Positions 34,358 through 45,097 of a stretch of 64,000 nucleotides of DNA are shown here, piece by piece. The stretch lies in contig JBLDXI010000029.1 in NCBI GenBank assembly GCA_047495785.1, positions 1,302,001-1,366,000 on the forward strand. Reading direction: 5' to 3'. This DNA is from Lepidodermella squamata (taxonomy: Eukaryota > Animalia > Gastrotricha). The notes beneath the pieces were generated by a model that was not told the origin of the DNA, searched no databases, and worked only from the letters and a program-made list of their open reading frames with translations. The stretch's first letter is position 1, and each line of letters starts with the position of its first letter. The position numbers were made by a program, and so were the translations under genes.

Positions 34358-34657
34358 ATGAAGGTATATTTGGAGTATCTCGCTCTTATCTATGGTTTAG
34401 CGACGATATCAGTGCAGGCCGATGAAGAAGTTCCGGATTTTAACCGAGACAAGCGAGCTGTGAAAAGCAATCTGGTCTATGTGAAGAACGGCGGCGGCGG
34501 AATTCTCTACAAAGTGAAAGGAGCGGGCAGTACGAAGCGCAACGAACCACTGCTAATATTCGATGATAAGTCTAAAGGGAAGCTATTCAAAGTAATGAAA
34601 GATGGACAATTATCGGCTTATCGCAAGCCACGGCACCGAATGTTTAGCAGAAATTGA
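34358..34657 (+). CDS. Secreted peptide precursor 38
   Basis: Signal-like N-terminus ending VQA; RDKR and KR sites flank two similar units (GGILYKV / GKLFKV). Confidence 0.8.
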   Translation: MKVYLEYLALIYGLATISVQADEEVPDFNRDKRAVKSNLVYVKNGGGGILYKVKGAGSTKRNEPLLIFDDKSKGKLFKVMKDGQLSAYRKPRHRMFSRN

Positions 34658-34940
34658 CAATTTGCGTGACGAATCTGCGACAAGTTGCAATAAAAATCCA
34701 ATTACGGCAGCTAGTTTCCATTGTCTAGAAGAGATTGTTCATTAATTCATTTTTTCCGCGTCACTTGCGCTACGTGGAGTGACCAGAATAGAAAAATTCG
34801 TGGAATCGATTTTACCCCGCAATTACTAGGTATACAATTATATCTTTCTCGCCCACAGAGCAGCGAGGCTCCTCAAAAGAAAAAGGAAGATAAATTGACA
34901 CCTCATTTTTCCTCGTCGAACTTCAGAAAGAATTACGTCG

Positions 34941-35231
34941 ATGAAACTTTCAATTTTCCTCTTCATTTCATTCTTACTATGCGTCCTAACCGAGGCTCTG
35001 GTACGGAATCCCAAACTTGCTGAAAAGGTCAACAACCGAAGAAATTCTATCAAAATGAAGCAAATGTTAAAGCAAGGCGCAGTCAAACGGACGACGCCAT
35101 GTGATCAGGTCGTCGCTGCACCGACTGCTTCGCCAATCCGGGCTCAAGCTCCGCAGGCTGTCAAACAGCTTAACTCGATCGATCGTGGCTATGATTCGCT
35201 GAAGCAACGAGCCGATCGCTTGCAGTTCTAG
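34941..35231 (+). CDS. Secreted peptide precursor 39
   Basis: MKLSIFLFISFLLCVLTEA signal; RR and KR sites. Confidence 0.8.
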   Translation: MKLSIFLFISFLLCVLTEALVRNPKLAEKVNNRRNSIKMKQMLKQGAVKRTTPCDQVVAAPTASPIRAQAPQAVKQLNSIDRGYDSLKQRADRLQF

Positions 35232-36855
35232 AAAATGCCATTGTATGCGTACATGCTAAGTCTAAGTCACTCTTAAAGGTAGCAATTCATCTCGGAGCTC
35301 CTCAATTAAGCTGTTGCCATTAATAGCTTTCACGTACCCGCATTTGGCTTTGATTTTGAACTCTGATTGTTAGGCGCAATTTACACGTATAAACTGTAGC
35401 TGATAATATTATATAACTAAATCGACGGAAGAGAGATTTTGTCGGGAGTATTTTGAGAAACAACCAATTTCTAAGCTTTTCATCAAACGCAAACCATGAT
35501 TTATTGTAATTTTCGCTGTGTCGTTAAAATACTGATCAGGCCTCGTACACAAATTTTGCAGAATTCTATGGTTTTTTATTTGGATTTTTTGATAAACTAA
35601 CGATGATATCTCAGCAACTTGAAAACGGCTTTGTTTTTACAAATGAAATATTCATAATTTTGTATGGCGATAAATTCGACCATTGCATGTCACGTTTCAG
35701 GCGTAAGGTAAAAACTGCTAAGCATCGTGTTAGCTTTATTTTTTTTTAATTTGCGATAATATTGGAATCTAGGCAGATCGTAATATATCGTGGAATTTTC
35801 ATGACATTTAGGACAAAACCCCGCATTACTGTCCATGATGCTTCCATTCATCGCCAAAAGACTATATAAATCTTGGACACTACGAGCAGACGAAATTCGA
35901 AACCTGTCGCGCTAAGTTTAGCCTATTATATTCAAATTCACCCTCAATAACAATGGACAAAGCTTCGTGTTGAAACGTTCGTTTCTAAAACCAGCAATGA
36001 AGCCAATGCCAGTGACCCTTTGAGTGCGGCAAATTCTACGCTAAACAGCCACTGAGCGGGACTACGCCAAAAATGACACTAGTATCAATAATGCGTATCG
36101 AAAGAGGCCTAAAAAACTTGACACGTGACGACTGACTGCGAACATTTTTGTCGATAAATGGCTTTAATTAATCATTCCTGAGGCGTAACTTCGGCAGTTC
36201 TTGTATCGTTTTTTGTATTTTTTAATGTTTATAAAATAGACTGTTTTTTGCTTTTTTGTTTGGTTGTTTTGGAGCAGTGCGTATTACAACTTATTTCTCA
36301 ACTAGCTTTATTTTGGACATTGAAAGGAATACTGAAGGCCATTGAAAGCCGTACAATTTCCCCCGTTCGATTCCGTTCTGATTTTTCGTTATTTCCTAAC
36401 TCAAAATTTTGAAAATAATTAGGTTAATCTCATTTCTGCCACCACGCGCACGCTTTTTCGAACAGAAGCCTGATTACCCTTGTAGGTCTCGCAAGTAACA
36501 AGAAATAGCGGGCAAGATGCCAATTGATAATCTTATGTGAAAGGAAAAAGCCATCACGCAGCTGAATTCCCACAGAGCTTACGACGCATCCGCTCTCGAT
36601 ACCGCACCGCCAAAGCCTTCTGATGAAATGAGGCAGAAAAAATGGCCCGCACTGACAGGAAAATCGAACGTGTTTTACGCGTTGATTGCGCTCGGCGGCA
36701 CAGCGATTATGTAATTAGCAGAGCCTAAATGTCGGCAATCCCGTCAAGTGGGTGTCCTCTTCCAGGCAATCTCCAGATTATTCTTTTTTCTACAAGAATA
36801 AGCACGGAAAATATCGAAAGTCAGCAGATTCCGTTACTCTCAGACAGCTAAAAGC

Positions 36856-37485
36856 ATGGCAGATACGACTACAATTTTCGCAACATTTTTGCTTGCAGGA
36901 TGTTTAGCTTGCTTCACAGAAGGCTTAGGAAATTTCGGTAACATGGGCTTTGTTGGGGCTAGTAAGCTTCGCCAACAAGACATTGTTATGGACGATAATA
37001 TAGTCGATGCTGGTGATTACGAATTCGTGGAGAAGCGAAACGGCCTCGGGCGTTTCAAAGGAGGTTACGGCGCCTCGGCTGTCAAGGTCAAACAGCCGCG
37101 ATCTCGTCGTCATGCCGATGAGGAAGAACACGAACACCTCACCTCAGTGTCAACGAAGCGTAGCGGCCTCGGTCGGTTGAAGGGCGGCTACGGCGTCACA
37201 GCTGTCAAAGTTCGCAAAACTCGCTCACTTGAAAAGCGAGCTAAAGCTGGCAAGGGAGCGTATGGCGTCTCAATGCTGAAGCCAACGAGTTCGAAACGAG
37301 CCCGGTCTGGCAAGGGGGCATATAGTGTCGTCGTGAATAGACCCTACGACAAACGAGGAAAGGCCGAGCAAAAGGACATCATTGCTGATTACGCCGATTT
37401 TTTTCTTCGAAAACGTCGAAGCATTGACTTAGGAACGAAACAAGGCGGTAACTTCATGATTGGCGATGTCTTCCAGGCTTACTAA
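36856..37485 (+). CDS. Multi-copy prohormone-like precursor 40 (KG[GA]Y repeats)
   Basis: Signal peptide; at least 6 KR sites; repeats NGLGRFKGGYG, SGLGRLKGGYG, AKAGKGAYG, ARSGKGAYS. Confidence 0.9.
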   Translation: MADTTTIFATFLLAGCLACFTEGLGNFGNMGFVGASKLRQQDIVMDDNIVDAGDYEFVEKRNGLGRFKGGYGASAVKVKQPRSRRHADEEEHEHLTSVSTKRSGLGRLKGGYGVTAVKVRKTRSLEKRAKAGKGAYGVSMLKPTSSKRARSGKGAYSVVVNRPYDKRGKAEQKDIIADYADFFLRKRRSIDLGTKQGGNFMIGDVFQAY

Positions 37486-37871
37486 CAAGCTAAGGACACA
37501 AATATGACGGGTCAGTGCGACATTCGTGGTACCCTGATACTTTTCATCATCATGATTTTGGTTCTTAATGAGTATCCGAGTGAATTGTAAAGTCTTCCCA
37601 ATCAAAATAAAGTTTGTGAGTATGTTTTGGTGTTATTCTTCGAGGCAATGCGGCCGTTTTCGCTTTTATCTACTTACATATTCCACAGACACGATCGTGT
37701 TATATCGAATTAGATAAGGGGCGAATTATACTCGTGGGTGGTTATCGCTGCGAGATCATTTTCCGTAAATTGAATTTACATGATGTCCGATACGAAGTCG
37801 AGTTTCTAAATAAACGTTTTATTCCGAGTGCGGTACCAATAAAACATTCACCCAGTTCCTATCCGAACAAA

Positions 37872-38282
37872 ATGCAGTTAGGCAGCAGGCCTTTGACCAT
37901 TTTTACCTTTGTCATCATCGGAGCCTTGACTCTACCATCTAAATCAACCCCCATTCCTGATGTTGTTGATGAAGATGAGGGCGAGGTTTATGCAGAAGAT
38001 CCTTACGAGGACCAGGTGGACGACCCTGAAGTCGAAAGTCTAGCTGTTTCTAAACGCATGGCACCTCGATGGTTATCGCGAATGAGGATGTCGCAGCTAA
38101 ACACAGACCGATCTAAGTATTTCGACATGGTGTATCCGCAACCGACGTCTGCGGAACTGACAGGCCTGGGAGCTAAGCGCGGAATTATGGTTTGGCGACA
38201 CAAATCTAGCTTTCCTTTCGTCTCTGAGAAACGGCGTGCTTTTGTGTATCCAGAGGACAATATCGCTAACTGGGACTATTGA
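37872..38282 (+). CDS. Secreted peptide precursor 41
   Basis: Signal peptide; acidic pro-region; three KR-delimited peptides. Confidence 0.85.
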   Translation: MQLGSRPLTIFTFVIIGALTLPSKSTPIPDVVDEDEGEVYAEDPYEDQVDDPEVESLAVSKRMAPRWLSRMRMSQLNTDRSKYFDMVYPQPTSAELTGLGAKRGIMVWRHKSSFPFVSEKRRAFVYPEDNIANWDY

Positions 38283-40351
38283 TCTCAGCCTTGTTATTTG
38301 ATATTTTAATGTAAAACAGACGTATTATGCGCTAATAAACTCATCGATTGTAATGCGCCTGCGTGGGAAGTTTCTCAAGGTATTACTTGAACTGGCTGAA
38401 AAGTGAAGAAATCAATTCATCAATATACAGTTGTTTGTGTATAGTCTAGACTTGTATCCCAGACTGTTTCTAGTGGCTGGCGCTGTAGACCTCCCAAGCA
38501 AAAAACATTGCACAATCCGCGGACTTCGAATATCTGATTCGGACTGATTCTAACGGCGCGATAGTAGTCCTAATTATGCCCAACTTCATACTATCACCTG
38601 ATGCACGGAGTAAGGAGCAAGCTATCTCTCAGGGTTATTCGCCTTTCCCCGATAAGATAAGGCCTAGCCGAGGGTAAGTATATATTGATCTGCCAGTCTA
38701 TGATAAAACCAATAAAAATCGAATTCGCACCCGCGCAATTCGATCGAGTGCGAAATTCTAGCCTGAAAGATAACGGGGTGCCTCGAATCTATGGCCAGAA
38801 TTTTCCTTTTTCCCGATCAGACTCAATATAAAATAATGATTTTTCAATTATTGATACTACTTCCTATTTCTCACCTTTCCAGCTCCCAAGTCCGGATATA
38901 AGTATTTGTTTACGCCCGCTCGCTTTTTGAGCCGATAAATGGGGGCGAGAAACAAATTACAGCCGCCTGATTTCCTTCACCTATGGCAACACCCTGGGTC
39001 CGACTTGTAATGAAAAAAAATCTCTAATCTGTCGGCGGGCGTGGTCAGCTGTCCTCCCCGCCGATTTGAACCAGGTGACCGCACCTAGGGGAATACGTGG
39101 GTAAGTAGGATAATAATGGGGGCTTGAAATCAAATATTATAACGCGTCTTTAGAGGGAAACAAGTCTGACACTAGTTGACAGACGTCATTAAACCCACAC
39201 TCAAAGCTTTATACTACAGAAGCCAGGCATCACTGACTAATCTCTATAAAGCCATTGTTGGTCAATTCTGCTTAAAACGGGCTATTTTAAATCGAAATAT
39301 TGCTATTTCAGCCGATTGAAAAATATGAGTGGGTATAATTTGGCCCGAATCATGGCAGAAATGAGCAATTTTCTCACTGAGAATTCTCCCACGCTTCGTG
39401 GTGACCATTCGAAACGCCCACAGCACTCATAGTGTCCTATTTCACGTTAATTTGTCTGATGTGCCCGTAGAATCGCTATTTGAAACCTTTCAGCAACTGC
39501 TTTATGCTGCTTATTTACTACTCCGCGCTAGGACACATCTAGTAGCTGTGAAATTAAATTTCCGTAGAAATTCAAGTTCTGCCCGCATGAATTTCTGACG
39601 TAGTAAACATCTATATGCTATGAGTGTGATATGAGGGAAATCCTTACGAACAAACATTTAGGAAGCCTTTAAGTATTTGAATAAAGGTGGCTTCGTTCCA
39701 AGTTCTTTACACTAATCAAGCATTTCATCATCGTTTTAAAACTGCAATAAATTCCCCATAAATCATCAACTGCGTCAGTAAATTGTAGATATACGTGCTC
39801 AAATTGCACCAGAAAACCGTAGGCCCAATCCTGAACGTTCACACGAATCCTAGCATTAACATCACCTTACCTAAATCCTTACCATATTATCGATCGAAGC
39901 AGCTCGAAGATTCCCCATTCTCGATTCGTGGTTAATCACCCTTAGCCTTTACTTATGCGTGTTTACTTGAAATCAATTCGAAACGCTAACCTTCCTTTGT
40001 TTTCCCTATTTTTAAATCTAATTGCTTCGCGTGAATTATGCCCAATCAATCACTTCTCAATGGGGCTGAAAGGGGTCACCATTTTCCGCTTGATTCATAG
40101 AGCAATGATCTCAACTCAGAACACAGAAAGGTTTAGTAATAAGGGCCATTTCGCATATTAATGTGATGGCAGTAGCTTCATGACACATGTTCCTCATATC
40201 CGCATGCATTTTACTAAAAGCCATGTGACTCTCGTTAATCGCTTGATACCTGGTACACAACAAGGTTCATATCTATCATATTTCAATAGCTAATAGCTGT
40301 TCGTCTCACTTTTTTAGATATTAAACGTTGATTTTATTTCCTTCAAACATA

Positions 40352-40693
40352 ATGAGCTCGAAGTTTCTGCCTTTGGCTGTCGCCGCTGTTGTCTGTCTCG
40401 TCATAATCCAAACAACTTCGGCTTCTGATCAGCTGCTGAACCGACAGAGACGTGGCTTCGGCGCTGTGACATGGCGTGGCCGTATGGGTATGGGCGGCCT
40501 GGCGCCGGCGAACAAAAAAGCCGTGCTAATCGCTATTCCGCTTGAAGAAAGCGAATCGCAATCTTACGATGCGTTGGCGGAAGCGCGGAAACGCGGTCTC
40601 GCTGGGTTCAGCTTCGGCCGCTCGGGCCGCATGGGAGTTGGATCGCTCGGGCGCAATCGGCCTGTCATCCAAACAATCGTCGACGACAATTAA
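40352..40693 (+). CDS. Secreted peptide precursor 42 (two GRMGxGxL peptides)
   Basis: Signal peptide; RQRR-GFGAVTWRGRMGMGGL and RKR-GLAGFSFGRSGRMGVGSL. Confidence 0.9.
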   Translation: MSSKFLPLAVAAVVCLVIIQTTSASDQLLNRQRRGFGAVTWRGRMGMGGLAPANKKAVLIAIPLEESESQSYDALAEARKRGLAGFSFGRSGRMGVGSLGRNRPVIQTIVDDN

Positions 40694-41480
40694 ACACAAA
40701 ACGGCAGCGCATTCACGATTATAAATCAACCCTAGATTTTCAAATCACGACTCTTACACCCGATTGCACTCGTTTTTTGTTTTGGGTCATGACGTCCCAG
40801 CGTTTTAGACGCCTTTGTTCTGTTCCGTTGATATGGCCACACAAAATGATTTGTTAGGGGTGGAAGTAATAAATTATATCGTGTGTTCTGTATAATGTGA
40901 ATCGATGCTAAAATAGTTACTCGCAAGAAACGGTTTTTTGAATAAAACGCAAACTCTTACGCGAAATTAGACCTTATTTCCGACCGCGGCAAATGCCCTC
41001 GGCCTCAGGCATTGTATTTTTTTCTTTCTTCGATTTTCGTCGATGATCATCTCACACTCCGAAGTGTATACGGGTCGATTGCAGGCGCTCGGAAGGCGTG
41101 GTCTATACTAACGAGAAAGCAATTTCCACGTGAGTGAAGCTGAAGAAACGAAATAGAAAATCAAGCGGGAGAAATAGTTTTAAACACAGTTTATTTATTC
41201 CCTGTAACTAATCGTATGAAGTTAAAAGGTAATAATAAAATAACAGAAATCACGATGCCCAACTTACCGAGAAAATTCCATTCCATGTTGAGCTCATTCC
41301 AAAGAAATCTATTATTTCACGCTATTTTAATCATTTTATGTATTTCTTGCCTCATAGGCACATGACACATAGCCGTTATCTATCGCCCTAGGCATTTTCG
41401 GTCTGATTCAATCGCAGACAAAAATGCTTGTCCTATTTTCTGTGGTCATGAATTGAAATCAGTTGAGCGCAAATCTCACA

Positions 41481-42993
41481 ATGTTCTCGCCAAGGACCAA
41501 TCCTAAAGATGCAACTGATGATGAGAATGCCGACATTTCGAAGGTGCTCATGGACGAGTACGGAATTCAGCTGACGAAGCTAAACTGCATGGCTGGGCTG
41601 TGCGACCGAACGTATCGAATCAATGATGCCTACATCTTCAAAGTTTTCGTCGATCCTTACACTCAGGATGAACAGCAAATCGGTGAGAGAAAAAGTGATG
41701 GTACCTTACATCTCTATCTTTCCCTTGTATAGAGGCTGAAATCAGCCTGATAAACTTTCTCAAAGACCGAAATTTCCCGGTGCCAGGTGTTGTTGCAACC
41801 CGAAGTGGTGCATATCACTGCATTACAGGTAAGGCCAAATTATTTGTAGATAATCACGAAGTGATCTTTTTTCTTTCAGAGTTGTATGACAGAAAAATTG
41901 GCCATAAAGTTCTGCGACCGGTGCGTCTCCAAACTTTCCTGAAAGGCCACTTGTTATGCAATAAAGAAATAACCCCTGATATATGTTATAAAGCTGGAGA
42001 ATTCACTGGAAAAATGGATCTAGCTTTAGAGGTAAGTCTTACGAATCTTTGAACTTTCCTTGAAGATTTATTATTGCTGTAGAGTTTCAGCCATCCTTTC
42101 TATGAAGAAGGAGAGCCTCTGTTCATCATTCGGTGCTCTGAAACATGGGATGCAAGGGTCTTGGTTGACCTAATCACTGACAAAAATCATTTCTATCTCG
42201 CCCAGCAAGCCCTGGAACTATTCGAGTGCTGCGTTATTCCTAACCTCGAACAACTGCCTAAGCGTAAGTAGGATAATTGAATTTCAGCCTACTTAATACG
42301 ATGGGCTAATGGATATCGGTCAGGCAGAACAGAAAGTCACAACAAATTAAAATCAAACGTTTTTTGAAACCCACGGCTTGGACAAAGGATGAAGTTTTCA
42401 ATGTAATCTAATCTTAGTGTAATCAGTTTTCAGCTCCCTCGGGCGGTCCGGGTCAGGTATTATTTCCACACCTCCCTTGATATTTAAATTGAAGCTGAAG
42501 TGAAATTCACGGCACTTAATTAACTAAATTAAATTAAATCAAATCCTATTTGTTGCCCTATTTTTTATCCACGGCAGAGCAAATTCACAACGATGCACAC
42601 ACTCGCAATTTGATTGTGGACGACGCTTGCAGCCGCATTTCCGGCATAATCGATTTTACGGATTCGCGATTCACGTGTCGAATTTACGAAGTGGCTATCG
42701 CCCTGCCGTCGATTCTGTGCTACGGCTCAGACCCATACGGCTGCGTGCGGCAATTCATGAATGGCTACCGCAAATACGTGAAACTGACGGCTCTCGAACA
42801 GAGCGTGCTAATGGCATGCGTTTGCGCCCGCTTGGTCATGGTGATGACGATCAACCAGTGGTTCAAAGTGCACTATCCCCAGAGTTATGACGAAGCTTAC
42901 GTCTGCAGCATGTTCGGCCGCTCGTGGCACGTTCTCGATGACCTTTTGAACAACATTGATAAACAGGGCGAATTTTTCCTGAGTACGAAGTGA
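41481..42993 (+). CDS. Hydroxylysine kinase-like / APH-family phosphotransferase (multi-exon)
   Basis: Brenner-type motif IHNDAHTRNLIV and ISGIIDFTD; YIFKV; VRLQTFLKG; GT-AG introns (e.g. 41683-41732). Confidence 0.8.
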
Positions 42994-43250
42994 GCGCGAG
43001 ATCACCTCGAAAAATTAACCTTGAAAGCCACGGAAACTTGATTTCTAACCCCCTCGAAGCTTTTGTTAAATTAATTTGCAAAAGCTAGTTCGCACGTGTT
43101 TAATAAATGAAATCGGGCTCATTACATGAGTCGCACTCGACGATATTTTATTTCACCTCGGAAAACAGATCATAAGGTCACGTTACAAAATAATGCTAAT
43201 AGTAAATCTCAAAAATTCCATATTATAACAATATTATTGAGATCAAGTGA

Positions 43251-45097
43251 CTAGTTTCTCGGGGTAAAAATGAGTCTAACCGGGTCTCTTGGAGTCATAA
43301 CAATGGCAACTTTAACATGGATTCGGCCAATATTAGTCTCATCAGCCGGGAGAGATATTTTGTATCTTTTTAAGATGTTAACTATCACATATTTCATTTC
43401 AAGTAAGGAAAACAGTTTGCCGATGCATTGATGCGGGCCAATGCCAAAGCTGAGAAACGCTGAACGCGTGAAACCGGCTGGTTGGTTTTCTGGCAGAAAT
43501 CGTTCCGGCCAAAACTGGTCCGTATGTGCTCCCCAATGCTCTGGATTTTGGTGCACAGACCAAACGTTGACTAAGACTTTTGTCACGTCTTTCGTTACTG
43601 GAACGTTGCAAATGTTTGCGTCTTCGGTTACCAGCCGATTAACAGCGTTGATTGCGACCGGATATAGGCGCAAAAGTTCGTAACAGACACAATCCAAGTA
43701 AACCAATTTAGTCATCAATGTGTCGTAATCAATTGTATTTTGCGATTGCCAGGTTGCTTTTGAAATTTCATCAGCTAATTTTTCCTGATTAAAAACACAC
43801 AGTTTTTTGAAGGGCGTGTTCACATGTAACCAACCTGAACTTCGGGATGGCGCGCTAGGACTGCGCACAAAAATGAAAGTGATATACTTGTTGTTTCGTA
43901 GCCAGACAGGAAAAACATGACAAGTTGCACTTTCAACTCTTGCTCACTCATATAACGTTCCGGATGGAAATTAGCCGCAATTGGGCATGTGATGTCGTGC
44001 GATGTTTTTCCCGGGCTCCGATCTCGCGAGCTGCTACGTGTCCTGCTGCGAATGTCGGGGTTTACATCTTTCCTGGATCTTTGCGTCGATTCGAAATTTG
44101 TCACGTTTATTAGCAGTTTCAGAAGATCAGGGCTGGTTTTTCCTTTCATCGGGCAACTTGCCTCCGACTTACGTTCGTGCTCGATTGCGTCAGTCATTAA
44201 CTTGAAGAAGCACATGAATGGGCTCAAAGGCCCTGCTGAGTATTTCATCACAAAATGCAGCACAAACTGAGAAAAGCTGAATTATGTACTGATGTGAGAA
44301 AATTGAAAGACAAACCTTCATAACAGGGATTATTTCGGGTAGAATCGTTACGACTTTGAATGCAAATGGTGTGTCAGCCAGGCAATTTGACATCATTTCT
44401 GTAGCTTTCTCGAAAACATCGTTGGGGATTTGATTATCCTCGTTAGCGTCCAGTAGCCGGAGTTTGAGACCGAAGGCTGCCTCGCCCAAGGAATCCATCG
44501 CATATCTTTCAAAAGGCTCACTCACATGCAAAGGCGTGCCCTTTGACCTCTCAATGATGGCAAGAAGGTCATTGATTCGAGATTCGAAAAATGGTAGCAC
44601 TGATCGCATTTTCGTTGAGCTAAAAAACTTGCTAGCTGTTAGACGAGGCCTTCGCCATCGATCGCCCTTCGCGATCATCATATTGATAAGGGGATGGTCT
44701 GGTTCTTTATCAGAATCTGGCTGAACTGGGGCAGCCTATAATTCAAGTTTCAGCTAAAGCCTAATAAACTAGATGATTTACCAACCATTCTACCGGTGAA
44801 AACGTTTGATTGCTTGATACAAACGTTTTCAATCCCAGCCGCACTTGAAACTACTAGGACCGGCCTTGAACCTTCGAAATAGCCAAATGTTTCGCCGTAC
44901 TTCTTCGACCATTCATGAATGACGATATGGCTATCTGGGACCCAGAGTTGAAGCATGTTGCCGAACAAGAAATGCGGCTCTGGGCCTGGGATTCCCAACT
45001 TTGAGAAATAGCGGTGGCAGAAGAACTTTCGATAAAAGTAGAAAATAGCGAGCAGAACAATTGCAGCCAGACATGTGATAATTAGAATATAGACCAT
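43251..45097 (-). CDS. Cytochrome P450, CYP3-clan-like (4 exons)
   Basis: N-terminal TM helix plus GIPGP; WxxxR; I-helix FFLSGYETT; ELLR; PERF; heme motif FGIGPHQCIG. Confidence 0.92.

Noticed and set aside
39020-39095. GC hairpin (tcggcggg...cccgccga) next to a B-box-like GGTTCAAATC on the minus strand
   Set aside because: No cloverleaf or recognisable ncRNA family; insufficient support.
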